A stretch of DNA of 64,000 nucleotides from Treponema sp. GTDB taxonomy: Bacteria; Spirochaetota; Spirochaetia; Treponematales; Treponemataceae. Under the pieces are notes generated by a model. That model made no database searches. It was given only the letters and a program-made list of their open reading frames with translations, and was not told where the DNA came from. Below are positions 35,275 through 46,074 of this stretch, piece after piece. Made by a program: the position numbers and the translations under genes. Position 1 is the first letter of the stretch. Every line of letters begins with the position of its first letter. The stretch spans positions 13,270 to 77,269 of the forward strand of contig NZ_JBJETK010000004.1 of assembly GCF_051883275.1 (NCBI RefSeq), written 5' to 3'.

Positions 35275-36149
35275 AAAACGATATAAGCAGACGCGCTTCG
35301 CTCCTTCATCTGTCATCTCTTTCTCTTGCTGAAAAAATGAAAAGCGGTTCCTTCCGCTCGCTTTACCGCGGACATGGAATTGAATTCAGCGGTGTCCGTG
35401 AATATCTTCGCGGCGATGATGTTCGCGCCATTGACTGGAATGTTACGGCGAGAATGGGAAAGCCTTTTGTAAAAATGTTTGAGGAAGAGCGCGAGCTGGA
35501 TGTTTTTATAATTGTGGATTCTTCTCTTTCAATGGCTGTGGAGTCAGGCAGACAGACAAAGCTTGAAAAGGCGATGGAATGTGCTTCCCTGCTCACGCTT
35601 GCTTCGTTTTACAATTCAAGTCCGGTGGGGGCGGTTGTGTTCGACGGCGCGCTTGATTTTTTTTGCTCGCCTGAAAGCGGAAAAAAACACGCCCTTATGC
35701 TGTTGTCGCATTTTGAAAATGAAAAGAGAAAAATCCAGCCCGGCTCTGTTTTAAACAGCGCGCTTAGAGCCGCAGAAAAGCTTTTGAAAAAAAGAAGCCT
35801 TGTCTTTGTCATTTCAGATTTCAGAACGGTGGAATGGCAGGCTTCGTTTGCCCGGCTTTGCCAGAAAAATGATGTTATTGCAATCCGGATTGTTGATGCC
35901 CTGGACAGCTGTATTCCTTCCGTTGGGTCAGTTCTTTTTTCCGATCCTGAAACCGGCTACGAGGCGGTTCTTCCGACTTCAAGTAAAAAATTTGTGCGCA
36001 GATGGCGTGAAGAAAACGAGCAGCGCACTGAAAACTGGAGCAGGGATTGTATTCGCCACGGCGGAATTCCGCTGTTTATAAGCACTGTCCAGGATCCGGC
36101 GGCCGAGCTTATAAAATTTTTTACCAGCAGGCACTTGCGTTCGATTTAG
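35271..36149 (+). CDS. DUF58 domain protein
   Basis: G.GIEFSGVREY..GDDVRAIDWNVTAR.GKPFVKMFEEERE. Confidence 0.93.
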   Translation: MKNDISRRASLLHLSSLSLAEKMKSGSFRSLYRGHGIEFSGVREYLRGDDVRAIDWNVTARMGKPFVKMFEEERELDVFIIVDSSLSMAVESGRQTKLEKAMECASLLTLASFYNSSPVGAVVFDGALDFFCSPESGKKHALMLLSHFENEKRKIQPGSVLNSALRAAEKLLKKRSLVFVISDFRTVEWQASFARLCQKNDVIAIRIVDALDSCIPSVGSVLFSDPETGYEAVLPTSSKKFVRRWREENEQRTENWSRDCIRHGGIPLFISTVQDPAAELIKFFTSRHLRSI

Positions 36150-36158
36150 GAAAATGCC

Positions 36159-37199
36159 ATGAAAAAAGTTTCTTGTTTTTTTGTTTTTCTGTTTCTTTTT
36201 GCATTTTTTTCATATTCCCAGAATTCCGCTGAAAATCCCGCGGTGTTTGGAACGCAGGTCATGGTTCCGCGCGATGTTTTTATCGGAGACAGCGGCCAGA
36301 TTCAGTATTCGTTTAGAACGCCCATAGATTTTTTTTCCATGGCGGATTCTTCAAAGATAAAGGACGAAACTCTTTCACTGGAGTTTTCCTCGGAGGATTT
36401 GCTTGAAAATCCTGATGACTGTCTTGTTACAAATGCGGTTCTTGTGCGCAACGGCGTGAACTACAATCTTTGCATAACAATAATTCCGTGGAAAACGGGA
36501 GCGATAAAATTCAAGGAATTCAGCCTTGAAAAAATCTGCGCGGGAGCAAAAGACCTTCCCCAGAATTCGGAATTCAAAATTCAGCTTGCGCCGGTTTTTA
36601 TACTTTCGCTTGTTGAAAAGCTCGGGGTAAAGGATGTAAAGCCGCCGCTGGGGCCGCTCCTGCTTCCGAACACAAGTTATTTTCTTTGGATTGCGGTTGT
36701 CCTGATTTCGCTTGTTTTTATTTTCGCATGCATTGTTCTGCTTCAGCTTCCGTATATCCTGAAAAAAATCAGAAGCATGAGGGAGCAGTTTGAATTTTAC
36801 AGGAATGCAAAGCGCACAAAGAAAAAGCTTTTTATGTTGCTGAAGAAAAAACTTGGCGACAGGGATTTTTCTGAAAACTGGCAGCTTATAATGCGCAGCT
36901 ATCTTGAATTCAGGTTTTCAAATTCATTCTGCTCTGTTCCGGGAAAAAGAATCGCTGAAAAAATACATTCTATTATGGGTGATTTAATGGACGCTTCTGT
37001 TTCCGAGGCGGTTGAAAATCTTTCCTGTTTTTTTATACGCACTGACTACATAAGGTTTGCCGGCGGCTCAATCGACTCAAGGCGGCTTCCGGTGGAAATG
37101 TACCAGGCTTCATTTGTAAAGAATGAAAAAAAATCTATGATAAGCGAAACGTGCAAGATAATCGAGCTGCTTGAAAAGGGAGGCGAAACTAATGTTTGA
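36159..37199 (+). CDS. Exported/membrane protein of the Bat-like operon
   Basis: Signal peptide and a central TM helix; lies between the DUF58 and vWA genes. Confidence 0.7.
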   Translation: MKKVSCFFVFLFLFAFFSYSQNSAENPAVFGTQVMVPRDVFIGDSGQIQYSFRTPIDFFSMADSSKIKDETLSLEFSSEDLLENPDDCLVTNAVLVRNGVNYNLCITIIPWKTGAIKFKEFSLEKICAGAKDLPQNSEFKIQLAPVFILSLVEKLGVKDVKPPLGPLLLPNTSYFLWIAVVLISLVFIFACIVLLQLPYILKKIRSMREQFEFYRNAKRTKKKLFMLLKKKLGDRDFSENWQLIMRSYLEFRFSNSFCSVPGKRIAEKIHSIMGDLMDASVSEAVENLSCFFIRTDYIRFAGGSIDSRRLPVEMYQASFVKNEKKSMISETCKIIELLEKGGETNV

Positions 37200-38193
37200 A
37201 TTTGAAAATCCTCCGGCGTTTTTTCTTTTTCTTTTAATTCCTGTGCTGTACATTTTGCGCTATATCCAGATTTTTTCGCCGCTTTCACTTCCCCTGAATT
37301 TAAGCGACTGGAACGGAAGCAATTTTAAATGGAATGGAAAAACAAGGAAAATAATTTCTGCGCTTTCGGGAGTGCTGTGGATTTTGTTTTATGTCTGCAT
37401 TGTTTTTGCCTGTGCGGATCCTGTTTTTCATCTTCAGCAAAAAGTGTATTCCTCAAAGGGAGCGGCAGTTGTTTTTGTGCTTGATATAAGCCCTTCGATG
37501 GCTGCAAAGGACATAGGCTCTATAAGCCGTCTGGAGGCTGCAAAAAATTCTATTGTTACTATGACAAATGCAAACAGCGGCTCGGAATTCGGGCTTGTTG
37601 TAATGGCGGAAGATGCTGCTGTTCTGGTTCCGCCCACAATGGACTGTTCGTTTTTTTTGAGCCGTCTTGACTCTGTTAATGTGGGCGAGCTTGGAGATGG
37701 AACCGCGATTGGAACTGGTCTGAGCTGTGCCGTTTATCATCTTGAAAATTCAAAGGCGCCAAAAAAAAGCATTGTCCTTATTACGGACGGCGAAAATAAT
37801 TCAGGGTCGGTTCATCCGTACACAGCGGCTCGTCTTGCTGCGGGCAAGGGAATTTCGCTTTATGTGCTTGGCATTGGAACACGCGGTGTTGTTCCCATTG
37901 ATTACATTGACCCCAAATCAAACAAGCTGTATTCAGGCTATCTTGAATCCAAATTCGACACTTCCTCGATTGCAAAAATCGCCTCGGAGGGGAACGGAAA
38001 ATTTTTTGAAATCGAATCCCTTTCTTCTCTGTCACAGGCGGTTTCTTCAATTTCGCGCAACGAAACTGTTGCCCAGAGCTACTACATAAAAAATCAGGAT
38101 GTATTTTATTACCAGCGTTTTTTGATTGCCGCAGTGATTTTTGCCTGCATTGCGTGGAGCTTGCGCAGGCTGCTCTTGCAGGAGGTTTTATGA
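37192..38193 (+). CDS. batA: BatA-like vWA domain membrane protein
   Basis: MFEFENP..F.L, MIDAS DISPSM, DGTAIGTGL, LITDGENNSG. Start moved to ATG 37192. Confidence 0.88.
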   Translation: MFEFENPPAFFLFLLIPVLYILRYIQIFSPLSLPLNLSDWNGSNFKWNGKTRKIISALSGVLWILFYVCIVFACADPVFHLQQKVYSSKGAAVVFVLDISPSMAAKDIGSISRLEAAKNSIVTMTNANSGSEFGLVVMAEDAAVLVPPTMDCSFFLSRLDSVNVGELGDGTAIGTGLSCAVYHLENSKAPKKSIVLITDGENNSGSVHPYTAARLAAGKGISLYVLGIGTRGVVPIDYIDPKSNKLYSGYLESKFDTSSIAKIASEGNGKFFEIESLSSLSQAVSSISRNETVAQSYYIKNQDVFYYQRFLIAAVIFACIAWSLRRLLLQEVL

Positions 38194-39806
38194 GCTTTGC
38201 TGTTGAAAATCCGGCGTTTTTTTATTTTTTTATTCCTCTTGCCGCTATGTTTTTTTTTGTTGCAGTTCGCTATGTCCGCCTGAAAAAAAGCGTATGCGGA
38301 AAACTTTTTGAATCCAAAAACAGGCTGTTCAGAATTTCCGTTTGCTTCTGGAGCAGAACAGTTCTTAGGGGTGTCTGCGGAATTTTTGTGATACTTGCCT
38401 TGGCTGGAATTTCGTTTGGAATAGACACCGTGCCTGTTCAGAAAAGCGGAAAGGCTGTGTCGTTTGTGTTTGACATTTCATACAGCATGGAAGCAAAGGA
38501 TGCGCCCGGCGGAATTTCCAGACTCCAGGCCGCTTCTATGTATGCCGGAGAACTTTTGGACAGAATGAACGGCTGCTCTGTTTCAGTTGTTCTTGCAAAG
38601 GGCGATGGAATTTCCGCTGTGCCGCTCACGGAGGATTTTCAGAGCATCAGAAGCTTAATCGAAAATCTTTCCCCGATGCTTATGACTTCCCAGGGAACGA
38701 GCCTCGGAAATGGAATAAAGGCCGCTGTTTCGTCTTTTCCCGAACATTCCGCGGCGGCATCCTATATATGGCTTTTTACAGACTGCGAGGAAACTGACAG
38801 CATGCTCCAGTCTTCCCTTTTGGAATGTGTAAAGGCCGGAATTCCTGTTGTTGTCATAGGCTTTGGCTCGGAGCGTGAAAGTGAAATTTTTGCAGGCGAT
38901 GGAATCACAAAAGTAAAGACAGCTTTAAGAGCCGACAGCATTGAAAAAATCATTTCCTCCCTGAAGGAAAAAAATGTTTTGTCCAAAAGAAATTCCGCTT
39001 CGCCTTCGGCAGTGTACATAGATGCTTCTGAAATGGGTTCCGCCGCCGCCATACTGAAAACCCTGAATTTGAATTCATCCCTTGCAACTGTTTCCTATGA
39101 AGTAAAAAGCACACAGCGGTACAGGCTTTTTATTTCCCTCGCGATTTTGTTTTTTCTGGCATCGGTTTTGTTCGGGGAACTTGATATTGCAGGCGGAAAG
39201 AAAAAAATTATTTCGTCTGTTCTGGGCGCCTCGGTTGTTTTTCTGTTTACAAGCTGTTCGCCGCGCTTCAATGACGGAATGAAAATTTTTGAAGGAAGGC
39301 TCAGCTGGTCAAAGCAGGATTACCAGAATTCAGTCGGAACTTTTCTGGAACTTTCACTGGATGCACATGAGCGCGGAGATGAGCTTGTTGAGCAGTACGC
39401 AGTGTTCGGGCTTGGTTCGACATATTTGATGCAGGGCGAAACAGATGCGGCGCTCAAAAGATTTTCCGATGTGTATGAAAATTCCCCGGAAAAAATAAAA
39501 TTTGCAATTCTCTATAATTCAGGAATTATCGCCCACCGCAACGGAGACTATGAGCGCGCCGCGGATTTTTTCAGAAAGGCGATTTTAATTGACAGCAAGA
39601 ACATAGATGCAAAAATAAATCTTGAGTTTTCGCTTAAAGAAGATTCAGAGCATTTAAAGGATGCCGCGCAGGAAATAATTCCCCTGAGCGAGAACCGGGA
39701 AGACCAGAATATTCAGAATGCGCTTTATTCGATAATACGGGAGGATGAAAGGAAGCAATGGAAAAATATGCAGAAAGATTCAGAGCGAACTTCCGAGGAC
39801 TATTGA
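38190..39806 (+). CDS. batB: BatB-like vWA protein with C-terminal TPRs
   Basis: DISYSM, QGTSLG, FTDCE; TPR-like YNSGIIAHRNGDYERA..FFRKAILID...AKINLE. Start moved to ATG 38190 (GGAGG RBS). Confidence 0.8.
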   Translation: MSFAVENPAFFYFFIPLAAMFFFVAVRYVRLKKSVCGKLFESKNRLFRISVCFWSRTVLRGVCGIFVILALAGISFGIDTVPVQKSGKAVSFVFDISYSMEAKDAPGGISRLQAASMYAGELLDRMNGCSVSVVLAKGDGISAVPLTEDFQSIRSLIENLSPMLMTSQGTSLGNGIKAAVSSFPEHSAAASYIWLFTDCEETDSMLQSSLLECVKAGIPVVVIGFGSERESEIFAGDGITKVKTALRADSIEKIISSLKEKNVLSKRNSASPSAVYIDASEMGSAAAILKTLNLNSSLATVSYEVKSTQRYRLFISLAILFFLASVLFGELDIAGGKKKIISSVLGASVVFLFTSCSPRFNDGMKIFEGRLSWSKQDYQNSVGTFLELSLDAHERGDELVEQYAVFGLGSTYLMQGETDAALKRFSDVYENSPEKIKFAILYNSGIIAHRNGDYERAADFFRKAILIDSKNIDAKINLEFSLKEDSEHLKDAAQEIIPLSENREDQNIQNALYSIIREDERKQWKNMQKDSERTSEDY

Positions 39807-41134
39807 TTCTTGTTTTCCTGGCGGAATTTTTTCCGGTTTTTGCAAAGCCTGTTTCATGGAATTATTTGTGGAGCCTGCGCTTTAAGCAAAGCCAGGAAAC
39901 GCTTTTTACAGAAACCGACAGCTCGTTTTATGTTGAGATAGCAAATGTCACGCCGGACAGCATTCAGATTGCCGTGAATTCGCTTCCCCAGAACGTGAGC
40001 TTTGTTTCTTCAAAAAAAGAAACTGTAATGATAAAAGCTGAAAATGACCACAACAACCATTTTGCAACCGGAACGCGGATTACAATTTGGATGAGATTTC
40101 AAAAGACCGGCACCTACAAAATCAATCCGGTGGATCTGACTATAAACGAAGGCTTTTATCAGATTCCGTTTAATCCCGTTGAGGTTTTTGAAAATCCGCG
40201 TTTTATAAATCCTGACGTTTCAGTTTCGTTCAATAATCTTATTTCTGCAAAAAATCGTCCCATTGAAATTCAGGAAGGACAGCCTGTTATTTTTACCGTG
40301 AATGTAAAATATGCAAAGTCGGTGCAAGGCGTTACATGGAATATCCCCGAGGATTCCGTCTTTAAAAAAATCAGGGAATATCCGATTTCCGACGGCGATT
40401 CTTTTTCCACGGATTTTCAGCCCGCGGTTATTTTTGAATGGAAGCCGCTTAAAACCGGTGAATGGAAGCTTCCTGAAATTTTTCTTACAGCGGTTTCGTA
40501 CAACGGCTCTGTGTGCGAGGTGAAATGCCCTGATATTCTTTTTAAAGTTATTGAAGCAGAAACTGAATATGCGGAGAAAAAAACAGAAAGTCCGTTTGCC
40601 TATGCTTTTATAGAGCCGCCTGTTTATGAAAAAGCCCATCCCGAGCCTTCTGCGCGCAGTGAGGAAATAGTGCGGCTTGTTGAGCTTCACAGAAAAGAGC
40701 GACATTCAATTCCGTTTTTGAATCCTTATTTTGCAGAAAAAAAATCGCTGGAAGCAGCAGTGGGGCTTTCTTCTTCGGGCAGAGAGCCGAGCGTTGTTTT
40801 TTTCAGCATGATATGCTTTGTCGCTTTTTTGCTCATGCTGTCTTTTGTTGTGCTTTTTATATGCAAGCGCAGAATAACCTGCGGAATTGTGCTGTCTGTT
40901 CTTGTGACGGTTTTTGTTTCAGTGTTTATATACGGCTATCATCTTTTCACAGTGCGCGGCGTATATGCAGGGGGCGCAATGAGTCCGATTCCTGAAAAAA
41001 GTGTTCCGAACGGTGTAACCATTCAGGCGGGAAGCGTTGTTTTTATAATAAGAACCGCCGGTGACTGGATGTACATAAGGCAGAAGGACACCTATGGCTG
41101 GGTTCCTGCTGAAAATGTATATTTAATAAAATAG
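39758..41134 (+). CDS. BatD/BatE-like protein with a C-terminal SH3 domain
   Basis: Ends with G..V......GDW.YI......GWVPAENV (SH3-like); TM helices near the C-terminus; last gene of the operon. Confidence 0.7.
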   Translation: MEKYAERFRANFRGLLILVFLAEFFPVFAKPVSWNYLWSLRFKQSQETLFTETDSSFYVEIANVTPDSIQIAVNSLPQNVSFVSSKKETVMIKAENDHNNHFATGTRITIWMRFQKTGTYKINPVDLTINEGFYQIPFNPVEVFENPRFINPDVSVSFNNLISAKNRPIEIQEGQPVIFTVNVKYAKSVQGVTWNIPEDSVFKKIREYPISDGDSFSTDFQPAVIFEWKPLKTGEWKLPEIFLTAVSYNGSVCEVKCPDILFKVIEAETEYAEKKTESPFAYAFIEPPVYEKAHPEPSARSEEIVRLVELHRKERHSIPFLNPYFAEKKSLEAAVGLSSSGREPSVVFFSMICFVAFLLMLSFVVLFICKRRITCGIVLSVLVTVFVSVFIYGYHLFTVRGVYAGGAMSPIPEKSVPNGVTIQAGSVVFIIRTAGDWMYIRQKDTYGWVPAENVYLIK

Positions 41135-41185
41135 GAAGGTAAAGCCCAAAAGCTGGATTGTTTTCAGTTTGCGGGCAGAGCAAAA

Positions 41186-41740
41186 ATGGATTTTGGTGAT
41201 ATTTTGTCGCAGTGGGATTCAATTCAATCCCAGAAGCCGCAGCATAAAAAAAATCAGGTTTCACATAAAAAGGCAAACGCTCCCACCAAGGAAGAAAAAG
41301 AAGCCTTGCGCCAGGGATATTCCTATGAGCAGATTATGCAAAACGAAAGCAAGCAGCGCATAAATCCCATGGAGCTATGGCTTAGAAGATACGGTACCGT
41401 GGACAAGGACCGCGAAATAGAAGAAAATGCGCGCCTTGAAAAACTGAACAATATAAATTACCTTAAGTCAATTCCGCCTGAAGCCACATTGGATTTGCAC
41501 CAACTCACAAGAGAGGAAGCCTGGGACAAGCTGAAAATTTTTGTTGACAGCTGCTGCATAAAAAAACTGAGGAAAATTCTTATAATCCATGGAAAGGGAA
41601 ACCACAGCCACGGCTCTGATCCTGTGCTCGGACAGCTTGTCCGGATTTTTATTGAGCAGGACAAGCGGCTTGGAACTTCCGGGCATCCTGACAGAAACCA
41701 CGGCGGCACAGGCGCAACTTGGGTGATAATAAAGGCCTGA
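41186..41740 (+). CDS. Smr/MutS2 domain protein
   Basis: ATLDLHQLT.EEA...ILIIHGKGNHS...GGTGATWV. Confidence 0.9.
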   Translation: MDFGDILSQWDSIQSQKPQHKKNQVSHKKANAPTKEEKEALRQGYSYEQIMQNESKQRINPMELWLRRYGTVDKDREIEENARLEKLNNINYLKSIPPEATLDLHQLTREEAWDKLKIFVDSCCIKKLRKILIIHGKGNHSHGSDPVLGQLVRIFIEQDKRLGTSGHPDRNHGGTGATWVIIKA

Positions 41741-41875
41741 AAAACCGTAATGGAAAAGGCTTTGAATATTTTTTTGGAAGCTCGGAGGACTTTTGTTTTT
41801 CGAGGCAACTTTAGAGATGTGAAGTTTTAAACCGCAGTGATACGGCTTAAAACTCGCAGAATTAGGAATTAGCGT

Positions 41876-42406
41876 ATGGAAGATTTATATTCAATTTTAA
41901 ATATTGAAAAAAATGCTTCTGCCGAGGAAATAAAAAAGGCATACCGGAAACTCGCGTTTCAGTTTCATCCAGACAGAAATCCGGGCGACAAGCAGGCAGA
42001 GGAAAAATTTAAGAAAATCACAGAGGCCTATTCTGTTCTTGGAGATGAAACCAAGCGCCGCCAGTATGACCGCCATGAATCCGACAGTTTTTCCGAGCCG
42101 TTCAGCCGCGCCAGTGAATTTTACCAGAGAGATCCTTTTGATGATTTCTTTGAAAATAGAAATTACCGCTACACATATACATATTCAAGAAACTATTCAA
42201 AGCCTGATGGCAATTTTAATTATGCTGAATTTCTTTTAAGTGTATTTCAGGTTCTGCTCTGCATGGCAGGATTTTTTACACTGCCGTTTTTCTTCTTCCG
42301 CATTTTGTTTTTTGTAGGCTTTGTGGAAGGGCTGAAGACAGCAACGGCAAATTTAAAATATTTATGGAATAAAATCTTGGCATCGGGAGAAAAGAATGGA
42401 AAGTAA
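41876..42406 (+). CDS. J-domain (DnaJ-like) membrane protein
   Basis: DLYSIL...[35 protein letters not shown]; C-terminal hydrophobic segment; no Zn finger. Confidence 0.9.
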   Translation: MEDLYSILNIEKNASAEEIKKAYRKLAFQFHPDRNPGDKQAEEKFKKITEAYSVLGDETKRRQYDRHESDSFSEPFSRASEFYQRDPFDDFFENRNYRYTYTYSRNYSKPDGNFNYAEFLLSVFQVLLCMAGFFTLPFFFFRILFFVGFVEGLKTATANLKYLWNKILASGEKNGK

Positions 42407-42857
42407 TTCAAGCCTTGTAGTTTATACAGACGGCGGCTGCCGCGGAAATCCTGGAGTGGGAGGATGGGGCTGTGTTATCATAGACGGTGAAACGGAGCAT
42501 CTGTTTTCCGGCGGAGAAAAAATGACCACGAACAACCGCATGGAACTTACCGCCGCAATCAATGCGCTGGATTCTATTCTGAAAAATGAAAAATGGAAGA
42601 GCCGTCATATTCTGATTTGCTCAGACAGCCAGTATGTAAAAAACGGAATCACTTCATGGATTCAGAACTGGAAAAAGAACGGATGGAAAACCGCCGCCAA
42701 GAAGCCCGTTTTGAACAAAGAACTATGGGTTCAGCTGGATTCAATGCACAGTTCTCTTGATGTTGAATGGAAATGGGTCAAGGGACATGCGGGCATAAAG
42801 TACAATGAAATTTGCGACCGGCTCTGCAATGAGGAAATGGATAAACAAATCATTTGA
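42396..42857 (+). CDS. rnhA: Ribonuclease HI
   Basis: [41 protein letters not shown]...NE.CD. Confidence 0.97.
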   Translation: MESNSSLVVYTDGGCRGNPGVGGWGCVIIDGETEHLFSGGEKMTTNNRMELTAAINALDSILKNEKWKSRHILICSDSQYVKNGITSWIQNWKKNGWKTAAKKPVLNKELWVQLDSMHSSLDVEWKWVKGHAGIKYNEICDRLCNEEMDKQII

Positions 42858-42924
42858 ACTTTTTTTAAGGTCTTTGGCATTTCAACTTGAATATTGATAC
42901 CTTTTCCCTTTCTTCCATCCAGTC

Positions 42925-43419
42925 TTATTCTATGAAAATATAATCATTGAAGTAGACTGCGCGGATTTTTCCCATTACAAGATTTTCGTTAATCTTTTGA
43001 AGCAGCTCTTCCTTTATTGTTTTTTCTCCCTTTGATTTTATCTGGGGGAATGTGAGCGCGGAAAAATAATTTGTAAAAATGGCTTTTATCTGCCGCTCCT
43101 TTAGCGAAAGTTCCTCAAACAAAGCCTTGTCTTCCGACGGATACGAAAACCACGGGGAAACTACAACAACGACTGCCTGCGCGTCTTCTTCAGTCTGCCT
43201 GGTGAAAATCCGGAGCTGTCCTATGTCAGTGAACGCATCCATGCTTTTTTCGCTTCCTGCACTCATGTTTGTGATTTTTTCTGCCGCTGGATTTGGGTTC
43301 CAGAAAATTCCGTGTTTTTCCCTTGAAACAATATAGAACACTATTGTGGCTATAAAAATAAAGGCAAACAGGGAAACCGCTATGACTGAAAGAATTTTAT
43401 TCAGTTTTGCGTGTGTCAT
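42925..43419 (-). CDS. fliL: Flagellar basal body-associated FliL-like protein
   Basis: N-terminal TM helix; C-terminal K..L...IN..L..GKI.AVYF.DY.F. Confidence 0.85.
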   Translation of the reverse strand: MTHAKLNKILSVIAVSLFAFIFIATIVFYIVSREKHGIFWNPNPAAEKITNMSAGSEKSMDAFTDIGQLRIFTRQTEEDAQAVVVVVSPWFSYPSEDKALFEELSLKERQIKAIFTNYFSALTFPQIKSKGEKTIKEELLQKINENLVMGKIRAVYFNDYIFIE

Positions 43420-44705
43420 TTTATGAATTCCTTGAGCAGCGAAAGCGTTCTTGTTGTGCCGTTTCCGTTTTCATCAAATTTTCCTGGAATTCTTGCGGTC
43501 AGCTCAATTCTGTCTTCAAGCCATTCTTCCTTTTTAATGGTGCCATTTTTTCTGGCAAGCTCCACAAGCGGCGCGCTCTCCATCGGAATTTCAAATTTCC
43601 ATTCTTTTCCAAGAAGATTTTCTGTAAGAACCGAAATTATCTGGTCAAATCCCATGCCTGTTTTTGCGCTTGCATGGATTGCCTGGGGAAAGGTTTTATT
43701 CAGCGTTGAAACCGTTATGATATTGTCCTTTACGCGGTCAAATTTATTCAGCACGATTGCCTGCGGAATATTTTCAGCGTGGATTTCCTTCAATACTTTT
43801 TGAACCTGATCATACTGCTTTTTACATTCAGGATCTGAAGCGTCAACCACAACAAGAAGAAAATCGGAAAGCACGGTTTCCTCCAGAGTGGACTTGAAAG
43901 CATCAATCAGTGTGTGCGGAAGATTCGAGATAAAGCCGACAGTGTCAGTCATCAGCACGGAAGAAGCTTCGGACAGCGGACATTTTCTTGTGGTCGGGTC
44001 GAGGGTTGCAAAAAGCTTGTTTTCAACAAGAACATCAGCTCCGGTGAGCGCATTCAGCAGGCTTGATTTTCCGGCGTTTGTGTAGCCCACAAGTGAGCAG
44101 GTTGCTGCCGCGGTTCTTTCTCTCTGTCTGCGCTGTATGTTTCTGTTTACTGCGACTTGGGCAAGCTCTTTTTTTATCTGGACAATTTTGTCTTCTATCT
44201 GGCGGCGGTCAAGCTCCAGCTGTGTTTCGCCGCTTCCCTTGTTTCCGAATGCTCCGCCCCTCTGTCGCGCCATATCACCGTATGTGTGGCTAAGTCTTGG
44301 AAGCGAATACTGGAGTTTTGCAAGCTCCACCTGAAGGCTGGCTTCTTTTGTCTGCGCCCTTGAGTCAAAAATCCGTATGATGACTTCATTCCTGTCAAAA
44401 ACAGGCATTCCGGATAATTTCTCCCAGTTGCGCTGTTTTGACGGATCTATTTCCCAGTCAAAAATTATGCAGTCCGCAGAAAGCTCCTTTGCTCTGTCCG
44501 CGATTTCCTGGGCTTTTCCTGTTCCTATCCCGTATGCGGGGGTTGGCTCTATGCGCGTAAGAACAACTGTTCCTGCCGTTTCCATATCCAGTGTCCGAAC
44601 AAGACTTTGCAGCTCCTGCGGCTCAGGGTTTCCGCTTTTTTTGTCAGGCGCGCCGACTAAAAGGCATCTGACTTTTTGCTCCTGTTCTTGCCTTATTTCA
44701 ACCAT
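43416..44705 (-). CDS. hflX: GTPase HflX
   Basis: GTGKAQEI, VFDR..VI..IF..RA.TKEA.LQVELA, GSGETQLELDRR, LVGYTNAGKSSLLN, LFATLDPTTR, DTVGFI. Start placed at ATG 44705; the ORF track extends to GTG 44795. Confidence 0.96.
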   Translation of the reverse strand: MVEIRQEQEQKVRCLLVGAPDKKSGNPEPQELQSLVRTLDMETAGTVVLTRIEPTPAYGIGTGKAQEIADRAKELSADCIIFDWEIDPSKQRNWEKLSGMPVFDRNEVIIRIFDSRAQTKEASLQVELAKLQYSLPRLSHTYGDMARQRGGAFGNKGSGETQLELDRRQIEDKIVQIKKELAQVAVNRNIQRRQRERTAAATCSLVGYTNAGKSSLLNALTGADVLVENKLFATLDPTTRKCPLSEASSVLMTDTVGFISNLPHTLIDAFKSTLEETVLSDFLLVVVDASDPECKKQYDQVQKVLKEIHAENIPQAIVLNKFDRVKDNIITVSTLNKTFPQAIHASAKTGMGFDQIISVLTENLLGKEWKFEIPMESAPLVELARKNGTIKKEEWLEDRIELTARIPGKFDENGNGTTRTLSLLKEFIK

Positions 44706-44886
44706 GGGTAATATTATACATTTTTCGGGGAATAAATAAAGGGGAACTAATGAAGTGTTTTTTGATGATTTTTTTGGAATTATTTCCTCAAACACTTAAA
44801 GTTATTTGATATTTCAAAAAACGCATTATTTTCTTATGAAAAATGACATTCAAAGAATTACAAGAAAAATTCCTTTGGAACAATCT

Positions 44887-44928
44887 GTCATGGCGGTTTC
44901 CCTGTTTGCCTTTATTTTCATTGCCACA
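44887..44928 (+). pseudogene. Inverted relic of the fliL 5' region
   Basis: 39/42 nt identical to the reverse complement of 43345-43386. All three differences fall at codon third positions (VMAVSLFAFIFIAT versus VIAVSLFAFIFIAT). Confidence 0.85.
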
Positions 44929-45344
44929 ACACTTTTTTAATTTTCACCGGCACGATTTTCGAGCCCCCCAGCCTCACAAAATGATTTTATGCCGTCTATC
45001 TTTTCTTGAACGTCAAAAAGGAATTTCTGCTTTATATAAAATAACAGATTTATTGATTCATTTGATAAGTTCTTATGGCAAATTGTATAGTATTTTTGAA
45101 ATGGTAGTTCCTGACACGCCTGATTAAGTTCTGGGGCACTTGAGACCATTCGAGTAGGAGACAAGTGAGAATGTATTATGGATTCGATGCATTCTTTAAA
45201 ATTCACTTGTTGTCCATTTCATTTTTGTATCTTACCAAATCACCCTTGCTTGCTTTTTTATAAAAATCATCAATGTTATAAATGCTTATTAAAAGAGGAT
45301 TTGTAAAACCTAGTGGAACAACAGACAATGCTTTTGACAGACTG

Positions 45345-45965
45345 TTACTGCAATGCGTTCTGATAGCGTGAAATAAAATCCTTAATTCCAATTTCTTTCA
45401 AAATAGTCTTTTGCTCTTTTGCAAGCAACTTAACCTTAAAATTATAGTGGTTAGTGATAAAATCGAGGATTTGTTTAGAGGAATTATAAGAGGGTGGTGT
45501 TTTCCAGGAGATTGTATAATACAAACATTTTTTTGTTTGTTCATTAAGATGTATTGGTCTGACATTTATTTTAAACTTACTGTCTAATAAAAACATTGCC
45601 GTTATTAAATCATATCCCTTTAGTACATCTTCATTTGATTCTACTGCTGTCCATGATACAGAATTGTATCCTATGTCAAACAGCAAAATTTCAAGTAAGA
45701 GTTGTAAATTTTTCCAAGTAATAAAATTTTTCTTTGGGTCAAGAAATGAAAACATTTTTATGTTTTCTATGCTTCTGTCTTTGCTAGGTTGTATGCCGAC
45801 CCAACCTGTGATTTTTTCACCCGTCATAAAAAAAAGGGGGCGGCTTCCAACGACTTTTCGTGCCATGTTCATAAAGTCAAACAAAGATGTATCACCTGGC
45901 TCTTCAAGTTCCTGTCCTATACGTTTTTGATACTGTTCTGGAATTTCTTTATAAGGCAATTCCAA
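45345..45965 (-). CDS. Hypothetical AT-rich protein (weak GNAT-like pattern)
   Basis: 206 aa ORF in an AT-rich islet. GWVGI...V.W.....N...Y spacing is only suggestive. Confidence 0.6.
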   Translation of the reverse strand: MELPYKEIPEQYQKRIGQELEEPGDTSLFDFMNMARKVVGSRPLFFMTGEKITGWVGIQPSKDRSIENIKMFSFLDPKKNFITWKNLQLLLEILLFDIGYNSVSWTAVESNEDVLKGYDLITAMFLLDSKFKINVRPIHLNEQTKKCLYYTISWKTPPSYNSSKQILDFITNHYNFKVKLLAKEQKTILKEIGIKDFISRYQNALQ

Positions 45966-46074
45966 AAATTTTAATTCCGAGTCCGTTTCAATTTATGATT
46001 TAAATTTTTTCAAATCAGCGAATTGTAATAAACATCTTCGTTCATGTTTTCAATACCCTTTCAAAATCCATTTT

